A stretch of 63,604 nucleotides of DNA, filler included, from Lophium mytilinum (lineage: Eukaryota): NCBI GenBank assembly GCA_010093605.1. It is 11 parts of 5 records of this genome, joined end to end, with 100 filler letters (N's around TTAATTAATTAA, not from the genome) between each part and the next. Parts side by side here need not be neighbours in the genome. Positions count along the whole stretch, not along the records: positions 1 to 25,975 come from MU004192.1; 10 more parts are not named here. One strand, given 5' to 3'. Under the pieces are notes generated by a model that worked only from the letters and a program-made list of their open reading frames with translations, searched no databases and had not been told where the DNA came from. Both the position numbers and the translations under genes were made by a program. Each line of letters begins with the position of its first letter. Position 1 is the stretch's first letter. Positions 13,780 to 26,075 of this stretch are shown here, in pieces.

Positions 13780-14901
13780 TAGTAAGTATATTATCTATAC
13801 TAGAGGTTTTAGGCTATAGTTAAGTTATAAACTGCTTTCTAGTAGGTTAACACCGTAAGATAGAAATATAAGGTGTAGACCTTAATATACTTAAACTATA
13901 CTTACCTATTCTAGTCTAGTTAAACGCGGATAAACCTCTCTCTAAACCGGGTTAGAACTATAAGATACCCTCTGCCTTTACTAGAGCGTATACGTCTAAA
14001 GAGGGGGATATCTTCTACCTCTATAACTTTAAGTATATTAGTAATAATACTCTATATTTTAGCTCTATTAAACTAACACCTGCAAGCTATATAATGTTCT
14101 AGCTAATAATACTAAGCTAATAGAATAAGCGTTTTATTAATTAAAGCTGCACCTATCTATATATAGTTAGAACGTAATTCTCTTATAGCTCTATGCTATA
14201 AGATATAATACTAAGATAAATTATCTAGAAGAGTTAGCAAGTATTAGCCTACTTAAAGAGGTAAGTAAGTACCTTCTCTTTTATAGATACCTACTAATAT
14301 AATATCTCTTTTCTAGCTATTTAGGTAATACTATTAAGACTCTATTATCTATAATACTTATATACACGCGTTACCGGGTAAGATACTAATCTTTACCCTT
14401 CTAAAATTCTTCTATATATATAGTTGCGTCTACTATATAGACCTAAATACTAATAAATACTTTAGCCTATAACTATTATCTCCTGCTATAATATATATAG
14501 ATTACAGATCTACTAGCCTTGTAGATAAATGCACCGGTCTAGACCTACTCTAACTAAATGCAGCTAACTAGTTAATAATACTTTAAAACCTCTTAAGCAA
14601 CATTTATATATAATATATTATTAACTATAAATAATAGTTAGACTATAACCTACTAAAGCCTTTTAATCTAGAGGACTTTTAGTACTTAGTTAATCTATAT
14701 ATAATAGAACTTACTAACTATAGAACTAATTTAGAGATAAGTAAAGCGTTTAAATTAGAATTTAAGCCTAATGCAGATAATATAGAGAAGAAGGATATAG
14801 AGATAGAGGCAGGCGAGGTAGATAATACTAAAGTAGAGATAGAGGTAGATAATATAGAGATAGAAAATAGCGGGTAGAAGGCTTCTTTTAAGCGTACTTA
14901 A
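13780..14901 (+). pseudogene. RIPed spliced cargo gene with acidic C-terminus, unknown product
   Basis: Intron signals are present (GTAAGT..CTAAT..CTAG at about 14262-14316). There is an E/D-rich tail at about 14770-14870. Partly repeated at about 31060-31276. Confidence 0.4.
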
Positions 14902-15249
14902 GTTATATAGTAGGTAGTATATATAGTTAGTCTAGACCCCTAAATATAGTAGTTTATCCTATAATAGCGTCTATATTTAAGTATAAGGTATAATAGGGTT
15001 TTAAAAATATTAATACATAAGTTAATTACTAGCAATTTAATTTTTCTTACTACCCATACACTTAACCCTTCTCTTTTATAGATTATTAATTATAATTAGA
15101 GATTATATATATCTCCCTTTTATAATTAGAGTTAGCCCGCTACTTATATTATCTTACCCGTTTTAATTCTATTATACCCCTCCTTATTAAGCAGGGCTAC
15201 TACTTATTTAAACACCGCGCAGGTATATATAAGTTAGTTGCACTAGTTA

Positions 15250-17400
15250 AGATTTACGCCCTATAAACTATTTAAAGTAATACCTAGAGTAGCTAATATT
15301 AGAGGCTACATTCCTAATAATATTAAGAGGTATTCTATTAGTAGACCTACTACCCCGTCTAATAGATCTAAATTCTTCCTCTAATTTAAAAGTAGTATAT
15401 ATTATTCTTTACCTTTAGGCCCTAACACTAGAAGACCGCCCTTTATAGAGCCTAGTATTACCTGCAGCTTCTACTCTATTACCTCTAACGCTTAATATAA
15501 TTAATTATAATTAGAGATTATTACCCTCTTATAATAGTATAAAGTCTACCTTAACTATCTAACTTCTTAGGCTACGCAGCATTATCTATTACCTAAGCTA
15601 AGGCTATAAACCTACTTTACCCGGCAGGCGCGTATTATATTATAGCTAGTAAAGATCTTTACCTCCTCTACTAATAACTAAGTAGGCCGGTAAGTAAAAC
15701 TTAACTCTAACTTTACTCTTATATATAAGCCTTACTATACTCTTCCTTACTATATTACTAATAGCTTAATAGCCTAAGTTACTATAACCCTACTACTATA
15801 ATAGAGTAGATAGTAGTCTACTAGAATAGACTAGTAAACTTTACTATTACTATCTATATTAATAGCTATATAGACTACTTTAAAGCGCTATATACTATAT
15901 ATAGTAGAGATAACCTAGAGAAAGCTACTATATTTCCCTAGCGCCCTTAAAAAGATATTATAGACTTTAAGGTTAAATATAATATACTTATCTAGTTTAT
16001 ATATAAGTATTTACTATACCTAGTTCTAAGTTAAGGATTAGGTAATATAAAGGGCGGCCAGTCTAATAAGCTAGAGATAAAAACTATACTAGAGGTAGTA
16101 AAGAAGGCCTATAGAGAGGGCTCTAAGAGCTTCTTTATTAAGAATTAGGCCTATATAAATCTATCTACTACTTTCCTACCTATATCTACTAACTATTTAC
16201 TAGTATAAGAAGCTTATAGTACCCGCGGTTCTAGATAAAAGCGGCTTTAAATACTCTAGAGGTAAAGAAGGTATAGTAGTATAGCTATATAAGGGCTATA
16301 GACTCTAAGTTAATATATCTATAAATACGCTTAATATTACTAGTAGTATAGCACTAATTATATATATAAGCTATACTTTAATACCTACCCTACTAAGTAT
16401 ATTCTAATCTATACTTATTAATATAGATATTAGAAAGACCTTCTACTACTACTAAGATCTAAAATATACGCTACTGCTACATATAAGAAGATTATATATT
16501 TACTAACCTATATTTAGTCCTCTTACTAATACGTGCCTACTTTATTAACTCTAAAGATAGTTCTATATTTAAAGTTAGCCTTATAAACCTAATATTATTC
16601 TACTTAAATTATGCCGCCTTAGGCAAGGCTATTAGCTGCCATGCAGCTATATCTAGAGAGAAAGAAGAGAAAGATAACCGCGACCTTTAACTAGAAGTCT
16701 AAATTTATACTAAGTATATTCTTATAGTTAAGCTGCAGATCTTAATATTCTAGAAGACTAGAAGCATATAAGCAGTGCTATTATTACTAGAGACCTATAT
16801 CTTTATAGATAAGCTATAGACCTTAATACGCTAGAAGACTAGAGGTATATAAGAGGTACTATTATTGCCGGAGACCTTAGTAATAGCTAAGGCTAAAGAG
16901 AAGAACTTAGGAATAGTAGTATTAGAATAAGAGACTTAAGGTGCAACCTTAAAGAATAAATATAAAGCGCTATTTAATAAACTAGAGCCTATAGACCTTA
17001 TAGAAAATAAAGATAAATTAGATATATACTACTTTAATAATAGAAAGAACTAGGTAGAAAAAGTTAACTAAAATAAAGAAAATGCTATAGAGAAGGTATT
17101 ATCTATAGAAGACCTAGATAGCTTAAAGGCGGCGGAGGCGGCCTTATATAAGGCTAAAATAGGCCTAATTATAGCTTAGACTAGCGTTAAGAAGGCCTTA
17201 GAAATTATGCATACTCGCATAGTAAGGGATAAAGAGAAGAATACTAACCCTACTATCTTCTACTCCCCTAATATTATCTAAGAGACGCCTAAAAGTAGAC
17301 GTAGAAGGTGTATACACTTAATATAGTAAGTACCTCCTTAAGAAATTACTAATTTTCTAGCGCACGCATAGATAGAAAGTAGCCTTAAATAGAACTATAT
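15250..17400 (+). pseudogene. RIPed spliced cargo gene(s) with 81-bp internal repeat, unknown product
   Basis: Intron-like segments (for example ...ctaactatttactag at about 16190-16203), an 81-bp (27-codon) tandem duplication at about 16729-16876, and an E/K-rich stretch at about 16950-17250. Repeated at 31377-33000 and 57698-58560. Confidence 0.4.
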
Positions 17401-17899
17401 AAGTCTACCTATATATACTTTCTATATACCTTTTATACCCTTACACCGCTACTAAGTTAACTTTTAATAGATGCGCAGTATATATATATACCTTATATCT
17501 TAAAGCCTACCCCCGCCCTAAGCTTTAACTTAGAAACTACTTATCTACCTACTTCTAATATAAACCCTTTAAACTGCACGCGCTTAAAAACACTACTAGT
17601 CTTATAATACCTATTTAGAGATATTCTATAGTTATAATACCTAGCGCATTAAGCTATAATATAAGGGATTAAACCTAAGGCTAATTAAGAATAACTATTA
17701 GCAATAATAGCGCACTACTATAAAGACGCACTTATGCAAGATTCTAATAGTGCACTTAAGAGAAAAGTATATAGTAACTATTAGTTAAAATATATACGCC
17801 TAAGCCTTAAATTTCTAGCGCCTGCCTATATATATAATAGGACTATTCTCCTCTATTCTATAGGTATAAAAGCCTGCCCCGCATCTCTTTCTCTACGCT

Positions 17900-19100
17900 A
17901 TAGAGTAGTAGGAGGTAGTAAGAGTTAAAAAGGTAGAAGAGTTATAGTAGAGATTAACTTAAGGCTAACTATTTAGAATATAGCAGGTATTAAAATTGCG
18001 TATACTAATAAATTATAGTAGGGGCTAAAGCTAGTAGAAACTTATCTAAGAAGCTAGAATATAGAGAATAAAAGGTAGTGCATAGGTATAGCTTACTAAT
18101 AGTATCTACTATAATAGAAAGCTAATAGCGCACTAATATTTAGGTTAGTAGTTAGACTAGTATAGTTCTATAGAGCTGTATTAAATAAAGGTAATATACT
18201 CTAGCATTACTAGCTTATATTACCTACTAAGCTTCTCTATCCCTTCTACTCTACTCTATAAGCTTTTTTATCTACTAGGTTTCTCTATTTCTCCCGCTCT
18301 ACTCTATAGAATTTTTTTTCTACTAAGTTTCTCTATCTCTCCTACTCTACTCTATATAATAGCGCCTTAGTTCTAGTATAATCTTTTATATATATAGCTC
18401 TTAATCTTTCTAACTACTATACGCAACTATATATCTATATTCTCTACTAGCTTTTAACTCTACTCTAACTACTACTTCTCTAGCCCTACTTTTCTTAGAA
18501 AATAAGCGGGCGGATAGAATATATACTCTATCGCCGGCGCTAGATATACTTTAATCTAGTATTATAGGGACAACCTAGCCCTTATATATACTAGTAATAG
18601 ATAACTATCTACTATATAATAACGCGGTAGAGAGAGGGAAAATAAAGCTACCCCTACTCTAATATCTCTAACTCTCCTTATAGTACTGCGTAAAATTATC
18701 TAGAATTATATAAGATTATCTATAATTATTATAGCGTGCCCCCTATATTCTTATATTCTAAAAGAGACTCTAGCCTATTTCTTTAAGTATATTTTAGGTC
18801 CTGTAACTGCCCTACTAGATAGAGAGTATATATTTTTATTGCCTTTTAGCGCATAAGTATACTATAGGCTAGGTTATAAAATAATAGTATTCTAACTTCT
18901 AAGGTTAGAAGTATAATAGAAGAGACTATAAATAGAGGAGCAGCAACCTAAAATATAGATAGAAGAAGTAAAGCGTACTAATATAGAGGGAAATAAGAGA
19001 TATAGAAGAAGTAAATAGAAAGAAGGGGCTATAGAGGCGGTAGTATTATAGCTATAATACTAGAGGCTATTCTATAATATAGATATAAAAGACTACCGCC
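17900..19100 (-). pseudogene. Probable RIPed cargo gene with 48-bp tandem repeats
   Basis: Purine-rich coding-like minus strand. A 48-bp unit occurs three times at about 18224-18356 but twice in the copy at about 33876-33960 (in-frame difference). Confidence 0.3.
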
Positions 19101-19780
19101 GGAGCTTATATTAGTAGTAGAATAGTTATATACTTTTTATTATTTATAGATAGTTATATACTGCGGCCTAACTCTTAAATAATAGGTCTTAGTAGTAATA
19201 TAGTAAGAGTCTACCTAAGAATATATTAAGTATTCTAATTATAATTTATAAGCTAGACCTAGCGCTAAATTATAGAATAGATAGATTATATCTTTTCTAC
19301 CTATCCTCTATATATCTATTAAATCTACTTTTTAACTACTATAGCTCTAACTTTACCGTACTAACTATTTATAGGATAAAGATTAGACGTTCTAGCCTAA
19401 GTACTTACTATCCCTACTTACTTCCACCCCCGCCTTGCACTACTATAGAGAGGGAAGAGCGGTAAATAGAATTATTTTATAGTAGAATGTAGGCGGCATT
19501 ATATATAGGGTATATATATATTAGCTCTAGCACTACTAAAGCTAATTAGGTAAAAGATACTATAGAACTAAATTATTAATAGTTTAAAATAATAGATAAT
19601 AATTAAGTGTTATTAGGCTATATAGTATATAGGTAAACTACTACTAGTCTATATAGTAATATTACCTGCGCTAGTAGTTTATATAGATGTTGCGTAATTT
19701 ACGCGGTTTACTAGAAGTTTACGCTGTTCGCTGCTAAGTACTAATAGCTCTAACTTTTGCAGTTTTAGGTTTTTCTAATA

Positions 19781-22700
19781 TTACTAAAACTATATATATT
19801 AAATTTAAGTATAGCTATAATATTAATACTACTAATTACTATATCCCCCGCAACTTAGATATTACTAGAAATAGTTTAGCTACTCTCTATAGTAACTATA
19901 AGTATATAGAGTTATTTTTAGATAGTTAGATACTAAGTAGTTCTAGGCTTAAGCGTCCTAAGCTACTATATAACCTTATTATAGATAATACTAGGCTAAA
20001 TAGAATTATATATTAACTTAGTATATAGCTAGATAATATTAAGTATCTATTAAATTAGTTATACTTTCTTTTTTATTTATAGCTTTTATACCTTCTTCTC
20101 TACTAGTAGTTTCTACTTTCTTTATTTCTTTTACTCTACTATCTCTTCTAGCTATTTCTATCTTTTTACTTTCTCTTTAGTTATAGTCTTAGCTAGCTTT
20201 CTCTTCTTCTATTCTATCTACTTCTTAGCCTTTTCCGCTATTACTATATCTACTAGCTCTCTCTTCTTTATCTTTTTTTTCTTTATCTCTTTCTTCTTTT
20301 TTTCTTTCTCTACTTTTACTATTTCTACTAGCGCTTTCTCTACTAGCGCTTTCTCCGCTAGCTCTTTTTCTACTAACTCTTTCTTCTTCTTCTCTTTTTC
20401 TTTCTTTTCTCTCTCTGCTTTTACTATTTCTACTAGCTCTTTCTTTTTTTTTTCTTTCTCTTCTTTTACTATATCTACTAGCTATTTCTACTTCTTCTCT
20501 TTATTCTAGTCTATAGTAGAATTAACCTTATCTATATTAGCTATATATATATCTAGACTTATAATTAAGTTAATAATTATTTTATTTAGAGTATTAGCGG
20601 CGGTAGATTTAAATAGACTCTTAGCCGCAGTAGCCTTAGGCTTACTACAGCGGGGGCGTTTCTTAGCCGGGCAGATACTAGAGGGCGGGGACTTAAGAAA
20701 GTATAAACCTAGCTATATATTAGTTAGTAGTAATATTTAATAATTAATAATAATTAATATATATCTAGTCTTAAGTTTAAATATTACCTTTCTAATATTA
20801 AGGCCCTTTACTATAAAACTAAGTACTATCTCTTTAGATATACTCTTTATTTCCTCTAATAGTATAGTTAGATAGAAGTTATTCTTTATTAACTTCTAGG
20901 TTCTATTAACTATAATAATATGCTCTAGAGGGTTAAAGTCTATAAAAGTTCTATTAATAGCTTCTAGAAACTTTATAAAGCTATAGTCTTCCGGCTCTAG
21001 GCCTTTACTACTAGACCTTATAAGATAGAGAGTAAAAAGGCGTCTAGTACTTTCCCGCTATAGTAGCTAGTATATTATAGCAAGGACCGCGTGCAATAGC
21101 TAGAGCTTAAATAGGGTATTTTAGGTAGTAATATCTAGGGATTTTATTAGAGAGCTAAGGCCTGCTAATACAACTAACTTTATAGATAAGGCTAACTTAG
21201 ACTACTTCTACTTCTTATTACTTTTAATAATACTACTCTATATCTTATATTTCTTATAGACTTTATACTAAATTAATATCTAATACACTTACTTCTACTT
21301 AGCTAATATAGAAGACTTTTTAAATATATAACTCTATATATCTATAAAAAGTATATATATTTTAAACTAAGTATCTAAGTAGATATTATTCTTACTATAG
21401 TTATTTTAGCCTAGTTATAAGAGATATTTTACCTATAGATATACTTTAAAGTTCTCTATTAGTATAAATAAGTTAGCTTTTATCTAGTACTATACTTTAG
21501 AAGCTAGACCTAAGCTAGCTATAATATTTATTTAACTTAAGTAGCCTTTAGAGTTCTTAGTAAAATTAGATACTATCTTACTTTATATAGATATATTGCG
21601 TAGTAGGTCTACTAGAGGTATTATAGCCTTTCCCTAAGTAGGTCTAGAGTATTAGTAGCTACTATAGAGAGGCTAGCAGCTATAGTAGTTATCTAGCTTA
21701 TCTAGCTTTAAATTACTATTATAGTCTACTTAACTAGAGTCTATACTTAATAACTATTTATCTAGGTTAAACTTCTTATTATTTTAATTATTAGGGAGGC
21801 GTTATTAGTAACTAGTGCGTTAACCTAATTCTTTAGCTATATTAGGTAAATAAGATAAAAAGTTAGAATATAAGAAAGGTAGATAGAAGGGGGTAGAGTT
21901 AGTAGATAGAATAGCGTTATATAGTAATGCAGGTAAGAGCGGGCGGAAGGCTAATAATATTAGATAAATAGTAATAGTAAGTAATAAGTAAGATAGTTAC
22001 TTACCTATAAAGTTATAATAGTAGACGCCACTTATAGTATAATTAACCTTAAAATTACGCGTGTTAAAAAATAAGGCGACTATAGCAGAAGATATATAAA
22101 TCCGCGCGCGCTAGTAATAAAAGTAGCTACTTTTAGTTATACTTTTAAATAGGTATAATATCTATTAAAGAAGTACTTATAGAGTAGTACTAGAAATATA
22201 GTAAGTATAGGTAAGCCTAAAGCGTAGAGAAGGAAGTTAGTATATAAGGGAGGGAGAAGAAGAAGAAGAGAGAGAGGAAAGAGAGAGATAGAGGAGGAGG
22301 AGGATAAAGAAGGAAAGATAGGTAAGAATAGTAGATAAAAATTAGAATTAAAAGGCTAGATAGAAGATAAAGTTTAAAGTGGCGCATAATTAAGTATATA
22401 ATTAGTAAATAGGCTATATTATAATATAATAGAAGTAAAGAGTTATATAGCTTAAAAAACTCTACTACTTAATAATTAGTAATAATTAGCCTCTACCTTA
22501 ATATTTATCTATACCTATTAGCTTTTAGTAACACTTAATAGATTAGTANNNNNNNNNNTAGGGGCCCTTCTTAGGTTGTATTTCTAAGGTGCTGCAAATT
22601 TAATTACATTATATCCTTAGTAAAGAGTTATATAGCTTAAAAAACTCTACTATTTAATAATTAGTAATAATTAGCCTCTACCTTAATATTTATCTATACC

Positions 22701-25602
22701 TATTAGCTTTTAGTAATACTTAATAGATTAGTAATAACTTCTACTTAATATTATCTTCTACTTGCCTAGATTAGTTAATATAGAAAGAAAGGCTAATTTC
22801 TATATATAGGTGCCCCCCCCTATTATTTAAGTTAGTATTATAAACTTTACTAGATTAGCGGCTAATAGATTAAGGTTCTTAGAATAGAAAGAGAAGTTAG
22901 CTATAGCTACCTAAGAAGGTACTATACTACTTATTATTATCTAAGCTACTATGCGCCTCTCTACCTTTAATAGTAGCTTATTATCTACTAAAGTTGCGCC
23001 CTATAAGCTAGTAGATAGTAGTACTAATTTATATATCTTTTTACTATTTACCTTTCTTATAAGTATTACTAATTTAGCTTATACTATAAAATAGTTTACT
23101 TATCTACTTTCTTTCTTACTAAATAAGTACTTTTACCTTCTAGCCCCTCTACTAGCGCGTACACCGCCTCTATATAGAGAACGCCTACTTTAACCTATCT
23201 AGAAAGACTAGTATTACCTATCTATATATTTATTATACTTCTTATCTACTTACTTACCCCTACTAGCGCTAGGCTAACTATAGTTTATATTTAACTAGCC
23301 TATATATTTCTCTCTCTTATAGCCCTCTACTACTTTAGGTAGTACTTTCTAAAGACTCTACTTAGTAGTTTCTATTCTTTCTCTATCTCTTATAGCTCGC
23401 GCTCTAATAACTAGGTTAGTGCGCTTCTTCTTATAGATTTAGCCTTTTTAGAAGTAGTAGAATTATATAGTTATATTTTATAGACTATACCTCTAGAATA
23501 TATATAGATTAGTAATACTTAGGTTTATCTATTATAGTATACTATAAGGCTAACCCTTAAGTATAGCTTAAAATTAGTAGAGGTAGGTTAGAAGTAGATA
23601 AGAAAGATAATAGTATAATACTTAGATATTTAGAGGACTAATTAACTACTATATAGTACCTATATTCTACTAGATAATTTAGCTATTAAATGCGCGTTTA
23701 GATAAAAGCCTTTTAATATAACTAATATTTTACTAGATGTAATAGTACTTAGTTCTAATTTAATTATTAGCCTAATATTATACTAGCCTTAACTCTAACC
23801 CTCTAGAAGGTAGCTACTACTATAGTAACTTATACCTTCTATAATAATAGCTAATATACTACTAGCGTATATTAGACTAAAGCCCTAAACTCTTCTAATA
23901 ACCTACTTACTATTAAATTATAGCCTCTTCTCTAACCCTAACTATTTTATTTAAAATATAAGCATATCTACCTATACTAATACTAACTAACTATTTAAAT
24001 ATATTAGGCCTAATAGTAATATATAGTCTAGAATAGTAAAGGCTAATATACTTTAAATAGAGACTAAGTAGTAAGTCTAGCTTATATATAATAGTATCTA
24101 GACTTAATAAACTAATCTATATATAGAGAGGTTACTACTAAGCCCTTCTTTTAACTCTACTCTAAGGGTGCTAACTAATTCTTTAATCTTCTATATAGTA
24201 TATATAAAATCTTAGTTATAAGAAATCAATTAAATAAACTATAGAGAGCGGAACTTAAGAAGATACTTACTACTTAAATAACTATAATATAGTCTACTAA
24301 TAGGTTTAAGTCTATAGTAACTTTTAAAGAGAAATATAGTAACCTTTAAAAGCGCTAGAGATATACTAAATACTAACTTAATTCTATAGTAAATATTCTA
24401 ATCTTAAAAGGCTAAATAGAGGTAATAGATACCTACGCCCTTACTATTATTCTAATAACTATACCTAATACTACCTGTGCGGTAAAGCTTACTAAGGCGC
24501 TATAAAACTAAGAGCTACTAAAGTAAGTTATAATTAAGTACTAATTTAGAATCTCTACTTAAATACGCCCTAGTCTACCTACTAATATACTAGGTATATA
24601 ATAGTATACTTACTCTTATTATTTTAATCTAGATATATATAAACTATAAAAGGTAGCCTCTATAAATAAGCTTAAGTACTACTATAACCTTACTATTAAG
24701 GGCACCCTTAAGGTTCTTAAGATTCTAGGAGAATATCTACCGCCCTTATTTAGAGGCTGGATAATTAGATATAATACTAACGCAACCGCTAGTAAAAAGC
24801 TAGTAGAGGTCTCTATCTTTCTTACTATTATTCTAACCTAACTAGCTACTTCTACTAAGCTAGTAGAACCCTATAAGAGATTAATATAGAATACTATTTA
24901 CTATATAAGGGTTTAAGATAAGTATAAGTCTTATATTAGTCTACTTTAGAATCTATATTTTAAATAGTATATATCTATTATCTTATATATAATCTATAGA
25001 GAATTAGTTAATAAAAGTCTAGCCTTATAAATATAGCTTATATTTATAGTTCTAGTATTTAAATTACTATATACTAATAAGCTATACTAGATTATATTCT
25101 ATAGCTAAGTAGACTTTCTACTTAATACTATCTATACTAATAAAAAGTTTAAGGCTATAATAATAGATAGTTTTACCTAAATATACCTAGTTATATCTAT
25201 ACTAAATACTCTAGAGAAGTTAGTATCTATAAAAGTATAAGCTAGAGAATTTTATAGCCTTAAGTAGCCTCTAAACCTACTATAAACTATACCCCCACTT
25301 CTAGAGTTATAGAAGGCTAAACTTCTTATCTAAACTAATCTACTATTTATTAGAATTATAGAGAACCTACTAGTACCCTAGTATAACTACTATATCTACT
25401 TTTCTATTAATACTTTAAGTAAGTATATAGACCTAGATTATATTCTCTATTTTAAGGTTACTACTTCTAATATAGAGAAGTAAAGTCTAGATAATAAGCG
25501 CTAGTATACTACTTAAATAGTATATAAAAATATTACCTAGTATACTATACTAGTTAACTTATTATAGAAATAAGTTAATACCTAGACTTATAAAAAGTTT
25601 TA
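19781..25602 (+). mobile_element. Plavaka giant element copy B (internal part, equivalent to 1942-7735 of copy A)
   Basis: 19781-22548 aligns to 1942-4709 (offset 17839), and 22620-25602 aligns to about 4596-7735. Homology begins mid-ORF and ends at an insertion of unrelated sequence. Confidence 0.9.
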
Positions 25603-25975
25603 ATACAAATATAAAGAAAGGTAGAAGAAGGCATAGGAGTCCTTTTATAAAATAGAACAGCGCGGGCCACTAACGCCGGCCCTTAATACTAAATAGAGTA
25701 AATAACAGGAGACTATATATAAAGGGCTTATAAAGGTTAAAAGTACTATTTTTATAAACCTATAAATAGAGTATATAGGGCTTAATAGATACCTGCACTA
25801 TATATAGGTGCTAGGCTACCTAATACTAGCCTGCCCCTGCAGGCACGGCCTCTAATTACTACGCTATGTAGTAATAAACTGCAAGAGGCATATAGAGGGT
25901 AGAGGTAAACTATTTAAGAAAGTAAAGACTTAGATGTATAAGGAAATATATAAAAGTAAAAAGGGACCTAAGGTA

Positions 25976-26075
25976 NNNNNNNNNNNNNNNNNNNNNNNNN
26001 NNNNNNNNNNNNNNNNNNNTTAATTAATTAANNNNNNNNNNNNNNNNNNNNNNNNNNNNNNNNNNNNNNNNNNNN
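25976..26075. other. Artificial 100-nt contig spacer N44-TTAATTAATTAA-N44 (first of ten)
   Basis: Identical spacers start at 25976, 28028, 29532, 31277, 34590, 36448, 57598, 59219, 60628 and 62243. The 12-mer has stops in all six frames. Confidence 0.97.

Larger units (their letters stand above)
1..19780 (+). mobile_element. Giant RIP-degenerated Plavaka-type DNA transposon, copy A (>19.8 kb, left end outside the window), carrying several cargo gene remnants
   Basis: Contains a Plavaka transposase remnant (9996-13456). Long collinear segments recur at 19781-25602, 28128-34589 and 57698-59218, differing mostly by transitions. The right end is inferred from the abrupt junction at 19780/19781. 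Confidence 0.75.

Noticed and set aside
1..19780. Starship element
   Set aside because: I recognised no DUF3435 tyrosine-recombinase captain. The left end is outside the window, so this is not fully excluded.
26020..26031. Recurrent TTAATTAATTAA motif (10 times) as a biological repeat or CRISPR-like unit
   Set aside because: It is always centred in N44...N44, so it is a six-frame-stop scaffolding linker.
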